From Octopus sinensis (taxonomy: Eukaryota), in the NCBI RefSeq assembly GCF_006345805.1, contig NC_043001.1, positions 126,108,001 through 126,172,000 on the forward strand: a stretch of DNA of 64,000 nt, in the 5' to 3' direction. The notes beneath the pieces are model-generated. The model was not told the origin of the DNA. It did no database searches and was given only the letters and a program-made list of their open reading frames with translations. Below, in pieces: positions 1 through 12,641 of the stretch (the stretch's first letter is position 1; the number at the start of each line of letters is the position of its first letter). A program made the position numbers and the translations under genes.

Positions 1-800
1 ACTTCCCATTTATTTCTGTAAGTATGAGGCTTTGTGTGAGAAATATAAGATCGGATTTTTAAATACTGAATACGAAATCATTGCTATTTATATGAAGGAA
101 GGGAACTACAACGAGACAGATTCCAAGGGAGGCAATTCTCGCGGTTCTCGGTTCTCTCAGGATTTTTGGCCATTGTGTAGCAAAATTGTTTACGGCAAAC
201 TTTACGAACCCATATGGATTATAGGTGACCGAATCAAGTCTATCACTTATTTGAACCTGGTACTAATTTTATTATTGATCTTTATTTAACAAGCCACTCA
301 GGGATCTTTTCCTTTTGAACGGCAGATGTCAACACAATTTCTAGTTAACTAAACACTTTTAAACTTCGTATACTGGTAGAATGTGTTTATGAAACATCAT
401 TTTCTCTTGGTTTTATTGAGAAAATTCTTTAGTTTGTAAGATATTTCGTCTGAAAATCCGAGTATTTCGGCAATTTTAACCAATCGATTACCTCCATTCA
501 ACTAAAATCATTTGCTGCGTCACCAGGTCAAAATCTGTACTTGTGTGGTATCCTAATACAGGTTGTATCAATGATATTTTAAACTGGTGATAAAAAGGAG
601 AGTTAACATCAAACTGGAATGTTTGCAACAGAGTAAGCATCCCACTCCAACGGCTTTTCACAGTTCCATCTTTGGTATTTCACTCAGCGCATTGGTTGTC
701 TCAAAGGCTATGGTAGAAGACGCATTTCAAAGAAGCAAATACTTTGCAATCCGAATATTTTACCCATAGTACTAATGATAACAATATGATTCCCTATGGC

Positions 801-1031
801 GGCGGCGAGCTGGCAGAGACGTTAGCACGCCGGGCGAAGTGCTTCGCGGTATTTCGCCCGTCGCTACGTTCTGAGTTCAAATCCCGCCGAGGTCGACTTT
901 GCCTTTCATCCTTTCGGGGTCGATAAATTAAGTACCAGTTACGCAATGGGGTCGATGTAATCGACCTAATCCGTTTGTCTGTCCTTGTTTGTCCCCTCTA
1001 TGTTTAGCCCCTTGTGGGTAATAAAGAAACA
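801..1031 (+). mobile_element. tRNA-derived SINE, tail type 1 (Tx1-like tail), full length
   Basis: Pol III A-box-like TGGCAGAGACGTTAG and B-box-like GAGTTCAAATCCC; ends AATAAAGAAACA; perfect 18-bp TSD AATATGATTCCCTATGGC at 783-800 and 1032-1049. Confidence 0.92.
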
Positions 1032-1513
1032 AATATGATTCCCTATGGCCATCCATAGGTCCTAGCAAGAGCCATGATCTTTTTCACTCTTTAGAAATAT
1101 TTTTAATTCTAATTTGCTGCAGAAACTTATTAATATTCGTAACATTGTTTCCTTATGTTTAGGATTTAGAGTGTCTTCAATTTGATTCCATTGTTAAGGC
1201 AGTTAAACACCTAATACTCGACCATTCGTCGCGACAATCATAATATTACAGATTTAATAGAATTTAAACTGTTGTTTCATATCTTTGTGTTTACATCTAA
1301 AACTGGAGTTGTCGAGTTCTCAAGCAATTATTTAAATCAGTCTGATTATTAAAGTTAAAGACAAGGTTATTATTAGCACTTCTTAATCTTTCAATGATTC
1401 TGTTACGAAAAATTGGTGTTAAAACTTCCTGTGTTGACCATGCAGAACTAAGCCTAAATGAAGAGTTTACAGTTACAACATATCAAAATAACTTCCGCGT
1501 GCATAAATTGTTT

Positions 1514-1560
<47 letters not shown>

Positions 1561-1924
1561 ATATAAATGTATGTATGTATGTGTATATATGTATTCTTAT
1601 AATATAAGGACCGATTTCTGGATTAATTCAAATGGATTCTTCCTTCGTCAGCGAGAAACACGATAAGAATAAATGGAATACTTACATATACCCACGGAAA
1701 AAGCATATGTAAAGTCATGTGCATATTTAAGTACCCCAAATATATCTAAATAAATTCTGTAGCAAGCCTCAGCACACGTGTAGACGGTCAGGAAACTCAC
1801 GTAAAGTGGTTATGAGTTCGGAAGTGAAAGGTAATAAACTTACTTCTAATATAAGGATGACATTTTTCCCAAAACATTTTATCAGTGGCCAGCATATTAA
1901 AATACCTTTTAAGGTGAAAATTAT

Positions 1925-2190
1925 AAACAAATATAAATAAGGGCAAAAGAAAAAAAATTCTATGCCAATATGCTGATAAATAAACTTTAGATCGTCTAAC
2001 CACTTAAAATATTTTTCACTATAAATACACGTGTTGAAACGAGGAAAGCAAGATAACAAATTTTAAAAATTCGTTATTCCCGTGTATTTATAGTGAAAAA
2101 TATTGTATGTGGTTAGACGAACTAAAGTCTATTTTTCAGCATATTAGCATAGGAAAAATTTTCTTTTGCCCTTATTTATAATTATATATA
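1925..2190. repeat. Long imperfect palindrome in an AT-rich repeat family (related pieces near 19030-19160 and 50050-50110)
   Basis: TATAAATAAGGGCAAAAG...GTCTAACCAC and AATATTTTTCACTATAAATACACG are both mirrored in 2078-2190. Confidence 0.75.
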
Positions 2191-3160
2191 TCTATATAAA
2201 TAAAAGAGAGATTCTGTCTAGTTGTCCCACAAAATGAAACTAAAACCAGACACCCTCTCTCTATGATTTTCTTTGTATGTCCCCTTTATTCTCTCTTCCC
2301 TTCTGTATTCTCTGTCTGTCTGTCTGTCTCTCCGCCATGCTGCTTCAAAGAGATTCTGTCTCTTTGTCCCTCAAAGTGAAACTAAAACCAGACACCATCT
2401 CTCTATGATTTTCTTCTTCTCTGTCTATTTCCCCCCTCTTTCTTTCTCTCTCGCTCTCTTCCTTTCTCCCTTTCTCTCTCTTCCCTTCTCCCCTCCTTCT
2501 TTCTCTCTTCGTCTCTCTTTCTTTCTCTCTCGCTCTCTTCCTTTCTCCCTTTCTCTAGCTTCCATCCTCTCCTCCTTCTTTCTCTCTTTGTCTCTCTTTC
2601 TTTCTCTCTCGCTCTCTCTTTCCCCCACTAAAAGAACACACACACATCAAACGTTACATTTCTCTATCACAATACCGAAGTAAGAATAAAATAAATACAC
2701 ACATTCAGTTATTTAATACCGTGAGTATCCTCTCTTTCTGTCTGTCTGTCTCTCTCTACTTCATTGACCCAAACATTCTCACTGTTTGTAGTAAAGGCTT
2801 ATGCACCCCGAAATAAAACAAAAAGCATTGTTCATAAAAAATATTCATCCTTAATGCAACATGAATACTTCAATAACTTCATTTATCATTTACTATCATT
2901 ACGTTCAGGAATGAGTAAATTACATATTTCAATGAACTGTGTGATATAATTGCCATTACTGCATTGATAAATAAGATAACACATATATCTTACTTATTAT
3001 TATCATGTAATAAACAAACAGAACTTCATGTATAAGAAAATCATTTTCTTCTACTTCAATTATTACATGGTTTTCTCTTCTAAAAATACACATACAATAA
3101 TACTTGGCTTCCGATAAAGAGTAAAAGTAATTACCCGATCAATGACGGGTTGTACTGCTA

Positions 3161-3173
3161 GTGTGTGTGTGTG

Positions 3174-3209
<36 letters not shown>

Positions 3210-3244
3210 ATGTAGGTAGGTAGGTAGGTAGGTAGATAGTTAGT

Positions 3245-3275
<31 letters not shown>

Positions 3276-3286
3276 GTAGATAGATA
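3161..3286. repeat. Compound microsatellite (GT)n-(GTAT)n-(GTAG)n-(GATA)n
   Basis: Read directly from the sequence. Confidence 0.95.
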
Positions 3287-3456
3287 AGTTTCTTTATTGG
3301 CCACACAGGGCTGCACACAGATGGGACAAGTTACAAAGTAGAGCTTTTCTTTTGGGGGATGAAAGAAACAAAAAACAAAAGAAACAAAAAAAAGGGGGTG
3401 GCGTAGGTTTTCGATCAAGAGGGATCGTAAAAGGGAAGAAAAGAACAAAAAAAAAA
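3287..3456 (-). mobile_element. 3'-terminal 170-bp fragment of the Tx1-like LINE, inside (GATA)n
   Basis: Reverse complement ends CAGCCCTGTGTGGCCAATAAAGAAACT then TATC repeats; matches the 3' UTR at about 12550-12712; GATA repeats on both sides. Confidence 0.9.
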
Positions 3457-3702
3457 GATAGATAGATAGATAGATAGATAGGCGTGGCTGTGTGGTAAGA
3501 AGTTCGCATTGCAGACACGACTTATCGCGTTCGATCCCATTATGGAGCATCTTGGAGAAATATAGTTTTCTATAGTTTCGGGTTTACTCAAACTTTCTGA
3601 ACGAAACCAAGCGAATAGAAACTATGTAGAAATCTGTCATATGGACTGTACCACTAATCCAAATGTCCAGTCTGTTGGAAGTATTGTACATGTAATTCAT
3701 AA

Positions 3703-4010
3703 GGCGCGTTGCTTAGTGGTTAGGGTGTTGCACTCATGATTGCTATATCGCAGTTTCGATTCCCGGACCGTGCCCCACGTTGTGATGTTCTTGAGAAAAA
3801 ACACTTCACTTCACGCTCCTTCCCTCCCCTCATTGGAAAATGGTAGCCCTGCGACTGAATTAGTCTTCCGATCAGTGGGGTATGTTGGCCTTCTCGCCTT
3901 GCCAGCGGAGTAGCATCGTTCAAAGGCCAAGATAGTGCGAAGCGCATTGTGACTAGCGATGTATAACAACACCCAACAGTCTGGTCAATACCGCTGTATC
4001 CCACTGCTTC
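3703..4010 (+). mobile_element. tRNA-derived SINE (different family, degenerate)
   Basis: Head GGCGCGTTGCTTAGTGGTTAGGG...GTTTCGATTCCC with A/B-box-like motifs; head similar to the copy at 37200. Confidence 0.65.
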
Positions 4011-4053
4011 TTCTTAAGGGCTTTATCAAGGGTAACATATATATGTGAAAGAA

Positions 4054-4260
4054 CATATATATGTAAGTACACATGTGCCGTAGACGATTCCTTTTCCATC
4101 TTTGGACTTTCCCTTTTCCCCTTTCCGACGAAGAACTATGCTCGAAACGTCAAACTCTCTTTCACAGCGTATCAAGCTAATACATTTCTTATGCACGTCC
4201 TCATGCTGTCCGTTTTTATTCGTTTATTTGAATTGACTAAATATATATATATAACGGGAC
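4054..4260 (+). mobile_element. Short hammerhead-bearing pLTR-like unit; near-identical copy at 5680-5886
   Basis: About 207-bp direct repeat; contains CCGACGA-AGAACTATGCTC-GAAACGTC; same family as 39995-40210 and 59410-59635. Confidence 0.7.
4122..4154 (+). ncRNA. Minimal type I hammerhead-like motif (core CCGACGA variant)
   Basis: TTT-CCGACGA-[stem II remnant]-GAAAC-GTC-AAA; palindromic ACGU stem III; U4 replaced by C and stem II imperfect. Confidence 0.5.
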
Positions 4261-4352
4261 GGTTTACGAAAATAAACAAAAGACGAAGGCAGGCACAATA
4301 CAAACAAACAAATGTATTAGTATGGCGCTCAGGAATAGAAATAGAACAAGTG

Positions 4353-4386
4353 TTTTACATTTCGAGCCTACGCTCTTCGACAGAAA
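4353..4386 (-). ncRNA. Minimal hammerhead-like motif (core CUGUCGA variant) in an inverted pLTR-like unit (about 4255-4440)
   Basis: Reverse complement TTT-CTGTCGA-A-GAGC-GTAG-GCTC-GAAAT-GTA-AAA; perfect 4-bp stem II; core deviates at A6. Confidence 0.5.
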
Positions 4387-4819
4387 GATACACACAAAAG
4401 AAACAAGGAGAGAAAAAAATGCGTGTATGTATTTTATATATATATATATATACAGTATCAGCTATAATATAAGGGTCAGTAAGAACAAGTGTATTGAAAT
4501 ATTTATTACAAAAGATTAACAAAACGTTGAGACTAGATATTTTACACATATTTGGATATATCTAATATCTATCATTCGTGAAAATTTCAAGTGAATGGAA
4601 TAAATATTTTGCAAGTTATAAGGAAATAGATTAATAACCTTCCAACTTGACGTGGAAAACTTTTACAGTTAACAAGGAATAAAATTCACAGTTTATAAGG
4701 ATTAAAATAGGAGAATAAAAGAATAAATAGAAGAATATTTTATTCAATTTTACTCATTTATTCTTCCATTTTAATCCTTGTAAACTGTTAATTTTTCCAC
4801 GTCTAAAATATTCATACCT

Positions 4820-4897
4820 TGTCTCTGATGACAGAATACCCAGTGTGTGGACATACTAACCTACCACTTGGGTTATCCCAGAAACAGCTGTAAGACT
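4820..4897 (+). ncRNA. Type I hammerhead ribozyme, canonical core, long stem II
   Basis: GTCT-CTGATGA...TACCCA...TGGGTTA...GAAAC-AGCT-GTA-AGAC: stem I GTCT/AGAC, palindromic stem III ACAGCTGT, GUA cleavage triplet. Confidence 0.8.
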
Positions 4898-5010
4898 TCA
4901 AATTCACCTTACCCTAATTAAATTCTTCTAAATGACTTGAGACACTCGTTCTGCTTTGATTTTGGGTTTTCTTCCTATATATATATATATATATATATAT
5001 ATCGGCTGCT

Positions 5011-5051
5011 CTACATTGATAAGGGGCAAATACACTGAAACTAGTCTGCAG
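5011..5051 (+). ncRNA. Degenerate hammerhead-like motif heading a ~210-bp repeat (second copy of the downstream part at about 18580-18745)
   Basis: CTACA-TTGATAA-GGGG..CACT-GAAAC-TA-GTC-TGCAG; palindromic ACTAGT stem III and GUC triplet, but two core mutations. Confidence 0.45.
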
Positions 5052-5235
5052 ATGCCTGACCAGCAAGGGGAAGCGGCTGACTTCCCCTGTTCGAAGGTTA
5101 TAATGGACATAGGTTCGTGTGTCACATAGCTAGCTAGAGGCGATGGCCTCTTGGAGCTAATTAATGGCAGCATTCGTCCTATATTTCTGGACTGCCATAT
5201 TAGCTTGGCGATAACTATATATATATATATAAATA

Positions 5236-6300
5236 CTAGCTTAACGTGACCCGCTCTACGCGCGGGTGAGGGTGTGGCTGTTACTTTTCGTTACTTCATT
5301 TCTGTTTCTTATCGCCACATTCTCCCTCTTTGCTTCTATCTCCTTTCTCTCTCAATTTCCCACTCTCTTACTCTTCCTTTCTCTCGGACTCTCCCTCGAT
5401 TTCTCTTACTCTCTATCTTTCTCTATCTATCTCTCTCCCATTTATACAAAATTAGATTTCCGCGCTTAAATTAGAAATCCGCTTTCACTTTACCATGTTG
5501 AAAATTTGATTGAAATCGAGCAAAAGGGTTCCAATCGGGAACCCCAAGTGTCCCTAAAGATCAATAAAGCCCCGTTTTTACACCAAAGCAACCACTGTAG
5601 CGCCCTAAAACGTCTCCCAATCAATTATCACCCCCTCTTGTAAATTTCACTCCCCTTCCAGCCCCATTTACAGTTAATTCATATATATGTAAGTACACAT
5701 GTGCCATAGGCGATTTCTTTTCCATCTTTGGACTTTCCCTTTTCCCCTTTCCGACGAAGAACTATGCTCGAAACGTCAAACTCTCTTTCACAGAGTATCA
5801 AGCTAAAACATTTCTTATGCACGTCCTCATGCTGTCCGTTTTTATTCGTTTATTTGAATTGACTAAATATATATATATAACGGGACATAAAAATTCAATT
5901 TGCATCAACGTTCGCCTTCTTCATTTTATAGATTAGACATATATAACCGGCCTTGCTCGGAATTAAAATAGTTTATTATTGTTTTACTTCTTCCGGTATT
6001 ATAACCCGATTTCATTCGAGTCTACGCGGGCCGCATTTTAAAAGATGAGGAATTTTGCCACAGTGGCCATGCATTTCAATTGAGCAAACTCAAAGTTGCC
6101 ATGCAAACTCGCTAAGACTTTTAACATAGGTGTGCATATTTTCAGCTTTTGAGATAGGGGTTTCTAACCTAGTCCACTCACTTCGTCGCCTCTTTTTACA
6201 TGTCTCAATAAAATTTGGAGCCAATCCGACCTAGTGCCCCTTAATCCGTTCCAATCCCAAAATGAGACAAACAAACTTTTCGCATTTCAGCCTTATATAT
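5236..6300 (-). mobile_element. Non-autonomous Helitron-like element
   Basis: On the minus strand a GC-rich hairpin CCCGC-GCGTAGA-GCGGG lies shortly before a terminal CTAG followed by T; the 5' end runs into (TATATG)n, so no TC start is visible. Confidence 0.6.
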
Positions 6301-6712
6301 GTATATATATGTATATATATGTATATATATGTATATATATGTTATATATATGTATATATATGTATATATATGTATATATATATGTATATATATGTATATA
6401 TATGTATATATATATGATAATGTATATATATGTGTATATATATATGTATATTATATATATATATATGTTATATATATGTATATATTATTATATATATATG
6501 TATATATATGTATATATATATGTATATATGTATATATATATATGTATATATATGTATATATATGTATATATATGTATATATATGTATATATATGTATATA
6601 TGTGTATATATATGTATATATATATGTATATATATATGTATATATATGTATATATATATGTATATATATGTATATATATATGTATATATATGTATATATA
6701 TGTATATATATG
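6297..6712. repeat. (TATATG)n-type microsatellite
   Basis: Read directly from the sequence. Confidence 0.95.
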
Positions 6713-6971
6713 TGTGTGTGTAAACACACACACACGCATGCATGCCTATAGTGCTTAGAAAAACAGCTTCCAGGTGTTCGACCCAGCAGCTTCTCTGTCG
6801 ACCTCTGCTGAGGGTAACTCCAAGTGCTTCGACCCCTCACTTGGTACACTCTCCGGATTCTGGGTCGGTCGGTTCCACTGCGTTGATCAGACTGTGACAG
6901 TGTCAGTGGTGGGTCTGTTACCTTCTGCTGCTTCTCTCTTCGCTCAGAACAAAATAAACATAGGTTCACAC

Positions 6972-7346
<375 letters not shown>

Positions 7347-7439
7347 ATCAAGAGATAAACCGCACAAAGGCACTCTTCTCAAAGAAGGAGACAAATTGCA
7401 CCTTCATATTCCCAACAACACATCGTGGAAAACACACAA

Positions 7440-8700
7440 AAAAAACAATAATTTATAAAGTAATAAACAAAAAAACAAGAAGAACAGAAAATGCACCGCA
7501 GGAAAAAATCGATAAATGCCTTCGTCCTGTATGGGACTCCAAGGAATATATCAGTTGGGGAAACAAATTTGGTACAGTCCAAGTACGTTTCCTCAACGAA
7601 AGTTTAGCAAAACGTTTTTCCACGTTGGAGCTGCACTCGGACGACTTGGTAATGATACCAGTCTATTTAAACAAAAGGGTCACGAAAAGTCCAAATAAAA
7701 CATACCATTTGATGTCGAAACACAATGGTTGGTCTCTGCCATCTGCTTTGAAATGTCAGAGACAATGTCAGAGACAAACATCATGAAATCGCGGTTCTAG
7801 GAGAGAAGACTATGTGGGCAAATCAATCGAATTCCTGCTTCAATTGGATGAAGCAGCAAGAGAGAAGATACCCACCGCTATAGAACTGCAAGGAGGCTAC
7901 AACTCTTATAGTGGTAGAGGGCAGGCGACCACGCTGCTATTTGTGTGGAAGCGAAACACACTTGAAAAAGACGTGCCCAACCACTGCACACCAAGAGCAA
8001 CAACAACAACCACTACCACAACCAAAGCACTCCGGAAAAAAAGCTCTACTACCCACACCACCATCAACACAGAAGACGACAAGAGAAGCACACCAAGCTA
8101 ATCCGTCATCAACCAAAAACCACTCGACACCAGAAAAAATACCAACAACCACCATCAACAGCAAAACCCAAAGGAACAGAAAAACAAAGAAAACACACAC
8201 AAAACTGATCCCCCATCCCTTATACCGCACTCAACACACACAAACACTCAACAACCAACAACAACGAAAACAACAACACAACCACTTACACAGACATACA
8301 TAGAAGCCCACAACATATACCCCTACCCCCTTCTGATTCCTCAGAAATTTCGTCGGAAGACGAAACCAGTGAGGAATGGCAAATAGCTACAAAAAGAAGG
8401 AAAATAAAGAGCAGAAACACAACCAAACCAAATGCAAACACGAACAAAGCAGGGGGAAATACATCTCCCGAAGACATTTCAAAACCCAACGCAAACAACA
8501 GCCACACCAACACCACAAAAACATATACAGCAAACATGCTCACAGCCATAGACACCAAAAACACAAATTGATGGAATACATCCAATCAAAAACACATAAC
8601 AGAAGATGACATAAAAACAAACAATCACCCATACACAACACCACCAGACCACATCAAAATATTACACATCTCCAAAAGTCTGCACCACACACTCAAAGGC
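7440..8700 (+). pseudogene. LINE ORF1 (gag-like, zinc knuckle), frameshifted
   Basis: Frames join as ...VQVRFLNESLAKRF...KNIPFDVETQWLV...VEGRRPRCYLCGSETHLKKTCP (CX2CX4HX4C), followed by a T/K/Q/N-rich tail. Confidence 0.8.
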
Positions 8701-8842
8701 ATTTTCCCCAGTGCGGTTGGTAAATGCCAAAAAATATCTCACAAAGAAACTGTACTGGGATCTTCAGAGGACAAACCAACGGAGGAGAAAGCAAAAACTT
8801 TCGAGCAGTAAGTAACCCTCTGTATTCTAATTCATTAGAACT

Positions 8843-11800
8843 ATGATCAAGATTGGTTGTGTAAATGCGCGTGGCTTGGGGTCCCCTTGGAAACAAGGGT
8901 ACCTCTTAAATGACATAAAGTCACATAAGTTAGAAATCATAGCCATAAGCGAGACCAGACTCCACAATCCGCGGGCCCTAAAGACCATGTTTGGCGGACA
9001 GTTCAACATTTATTTTTCCCCCTGTCTGCCGAGAATGGGCGGTAGTGGCACCGCGGTACTTTTTCACAAGAGTCTGGATCTCAATGTAAGGACAATATTC
9101 GTAGACCCGGAGGGTAGACTGGTCGTCCTGGATGTCGACGGCAGCAATGGGTGCGCTTTTCGACTCGTATCAGTTTACGCACCGCCCTTAACAGGTCGGG
9201 CGGATTTCTTTCAACGTCTAGAAGTTTTCTTGGGAACGTCTCGTCCTTTACTCTTAGTGGGGGATTGGAATGCTACCTGGACACGCATGTAGACTACGTG
9301 GGTAGAGATAGGAATAGACGGGGATGCAAATGCCTCAGAGACCTGCTCAGACGCTTTCAACTGTCTGACAGGTTCCGACTAGACCACCCGAATGCGCCAA
9401 CGTGGACATGGAGCAACCGCATCGGGTCGTCGAGATCGTATCTAGATAGGATACTGTGTAGGACAGTAGATAGAGATAGCATAGGATGTCCACAATTCCA
9501 CATAGTCAGCTACACGGATCACAAACTTGTGACATGTACGCTAGACTTAGGTAAGACACTTAGGCAGGGTCCCGATACTGGAAACTAAACGCGTCTTTCC
9601 CATCGAGACAAGTTTTCAGAGACCGGATTAGCACACTAGTAAAGAGGGCTTTGACGGGAGCCATCATCAACAACAAATGGTGGTTTGCCCTCAAGAGAGC
9701 AGTAAAAGCAGAAGCGATTAGGTACAGCAAAGCACTAGCCATAGATAGAAATAGAGTAGAGGGTGAGCTAGTTAAGAAGCTAGAAGAGGCAATTAGAAGC
9801 GGCATCGCATCCGACGTTTTGGCGGCGAGGTTGGCCCTCGACCAACACTTCAACGCCAAACACGAAGGATGTGCTGTCAGAGCTAGGATGCGTGCTCTAA
9901 GGAACGAAGGTGTTGGAGCCGCGAGAGAGGCCCGGGTGGCAGAGGCGCAACAGGGCAACAAAGCCACCATTCGGTCACTGGTAGATGAACAGGGGCGCGA
10001 ATTGCTCGAGCCAAGTAAAATGTGTGAGGCCTTTCAGCAGCATTTTGCCCGACTGTTCGGAACGAGTGGAGGGCAAGAACGTAGGGTGGACTTCAGTGCC
10101 TACCTACATAGCCTACCACGACTCTCGACAAGAAAGGCAGGTGCTGCGAAGGTGCCATCACGGCGGCGGAAGTGCGGGAAGCGATGGCAGAATGCTCGAG
10201 GGACAAATCACCGGGTTTGGATGGTCTACCCTACGAGCTTTACAATTGTATGCCAGACTTGTTTGGAGATCTCTTGGCGGCGGTGTACTGCAACTGGCAG
10301 CAAAACGGGAGCATTCCTGTTTTGTGTGAGCCGAGGAGCCGTAACACTGCTGAAGAAAGATCTAAACAAGGGAATGTAATAGATAACTTTAGGCCCATCA
10401 CTCTGCTTAATGCAGACTTGAAAATTTTGGCCAAGGTGCTAGCCAAGAGGTTGGCGCTTGTCATCGAGAAACTGGTCGACAAGGCGCAAACATGCGCCGT
10501 GCCAGGCCGGACCATCCATGACAACCTCCATCTGATGCGCTACATCATAGACAGGGTAGTTAACGAACCTGGCATGGGTGGGGCCCTGATCAACTTGGAT
10601 CAATCGAAAGCCTTTGATAGGGTAGACCATCGATACTTGGAGGCAGTCCTGAGAGCGGCTGGTTTCGGCCCGTCTTCCGCGGCTGGATAGCTGCCTTGTA
10701 CAGAGGCATCCGTTCGGTAATTCGCGTAAATGGACATCTATCGAGACTTTCGACATTGCAACGTTCGGTCCGCAGTGATGCCCCCTCTCGCGCTTCTATC
10801 TCGGCTTCTCTATGGCGCTACGTGGGCAGCTGGCGCCTCTCTGGGACAGTGCGGATAGGATGCGGACTCTAAGTCTGTCCGCGCGAGAATGCGGGGGACG
10901 AGCGTGTCTGCATACGCGACGATGTCACCGTCATAGTGTCTAGCCACGAGCACATCGAGCTGGTCGGCGAGACACTGAAAACTACGAAGCGGTGACAGGA
11001 GCGAAAATCAACCGGGAAAAGTCAGTGGCTTGCGACTAGGCACCTGGAGAAGCAAGCCCATGCCGTCCACCAGCGCCTCCGTCGTGGGACGCTGGACCGA
11101 CGGCCCGGTTGAGTTGCTCGGGGTCTGGTTTGGTCCGGACCTCCAAGTGGAGAAGAACTGGAACGAGATAACGAGTAGGGTGGTCACTCTCGCCCGGCAA
11201 TGGGCCGAGAGGAAACTGTCCCTAAAAGGTCGAGCGGAGGTGGCGAACACGTACATCGCGTCCGTCATCTACTACCGCCTGACCGTCGTACCTTGTCCCG
11301 ACCCTACCATCACCAAACTACAACGCATCCTCTTTCGCTTCTTGTGGAAAGGATGCGTCCCGATGGTCAGGCGATCCATTTGCTGTCAACACCCGTTAAA
11401 AGGAGGGCTGGGCATGCCGTGGTTGATGATGCGCAGACACGCGCTGAGACTGCGACATCTCTGGCTCTATGTAGACGACGGTGAACAGGTGTGGTCGCCG
11501 TTTGTGAGGCACGCTTTCCCGCAGCTCGTCTCCATGACCGAACTGCAGTCGTGGATCAAAAAGAGCCGAGGAAGGGCGAATGGCACCGCGAGTGTCGCGT
11601 TGCTCTCAAGCAACTCTGCCGTCCTGGGTCGACCTTAAGTGACTTCAACACAACCAAAGCATTCTATAGGGGTTTAGTGGAGGGGAGGTACGACGACGAG
11701 CTCGGGGCGAACCTGGACGTCGACGAGGAGTACCTGACCCGCCTGTTCGGGACGACTTTCGGGCCAGGGCCCATGGACAACTTCCAGAGATCCCTGGCCT

Positions 11801-12290
11801 GGCAGTGCTACCGAGAAGCGCTACCCGTTCGGGATAAGCTCTACAGACACGGCTCGAGAAACACGGGGCCGACCTGCCCGAGATGCGGTCAGAGCGACGA
11901 AACCGTTCTGCACGCACTCGTTCAGTGTCCAACAATTTCCGACCTGTGGGCTTATGTCGAACAACTGCTGTCACGTGTGGGACGAGTCGGTTTATCAGCT
12001 GAGTCTATCGTCAATATTGTCACGCCTCCTTCTTCAAACGGGAAGGAAGAGCTATTTCATCATCCTTGTGGCTATGGCGAAAGAATGTATCTGGTGGACG
12101 CGTCTGAAAGGATTGGAGACAAACACTTTCCTCTCTGGTCAATCTCTCATCAACTTCTTCAAGTACCACTTGAAAAGGAAAGTGAGAGTAGAGAGGCAAG
12201 TTTTGTCTAGCGAATGTTTTAAAAAAGATGGGTGAATGTAGCAAGAATGGCACGTATGAATGACGAAGCCACCTTGAGCATAGTCCTATG
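8843..12290 (+). pseudogene. LINE ORF2 (APE endonuclease + reverse transcriptase + zinc finger), multiple frameshifts
   Basis: MIKIGCVNARGL, AISETR, LVGDWN, YLDRI, YTDHKLV (APE); KSPGLDGLPYELY, NFRPITLLNADLKILAKVLAKRL, LDQSKAFDRVDH, YA(D)DV near 10910 (RT); CPRCGQSDETVLHALVQCP. Confidence 0.93.
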
Positions 12291-12597
12291 AACCCAGAAA
12301 TCGAAAACAGAGAGTTGCTTATTTGCAAAAAAAAAAAAAAAAAAACAAAAAAGAAATATAAAATGTGACTTCATTGACCGAGGTACCGTGGTCTTTTCCG
12401 TAGGCTTTTCTTTCCACGGGTAAACCTCACCTGTCCTCCCCTTTACACTTCATATTGACATTTCTGTGATAACGATCCCTATTGATCAATTTTTTTCCTC
12501 TCCCCCTTTTTTTTTTTTTTTTTTTTTTTTTTTACCTCCCCTTTTTTTTGTCCTCTTTCACTCCTTTTACGATCCCTTTTGATCGAAAATCCCCCTT

Positions 12598-12641
<44 letters not shown>

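Noticed and set aside
100-530. Coding exon from ORF 32-289
   Set aside because: No recognisable domain; looks like an old DNA-transposon remnant and is too weak to call.
801-890. tRNA genes at SINE heads
   Set aside because: A/B boxes are present but there is no full cloverleaf or acceptor stem, and each continues into SINE body with a TSD.
1605-1655. Hammerhead-like CTGACGA...GAAATCGGTC on the minus strand
   Set aside because: Stem I does not pair; at most a decayed remnant.
4054-5886. LTR retrotransposon or TRIM defined by the 207-bp direct repeats
   Set aside because: No TG...CA termini, PBS, PPT or TSD; the interior is a mosaic of unrelated repeats.
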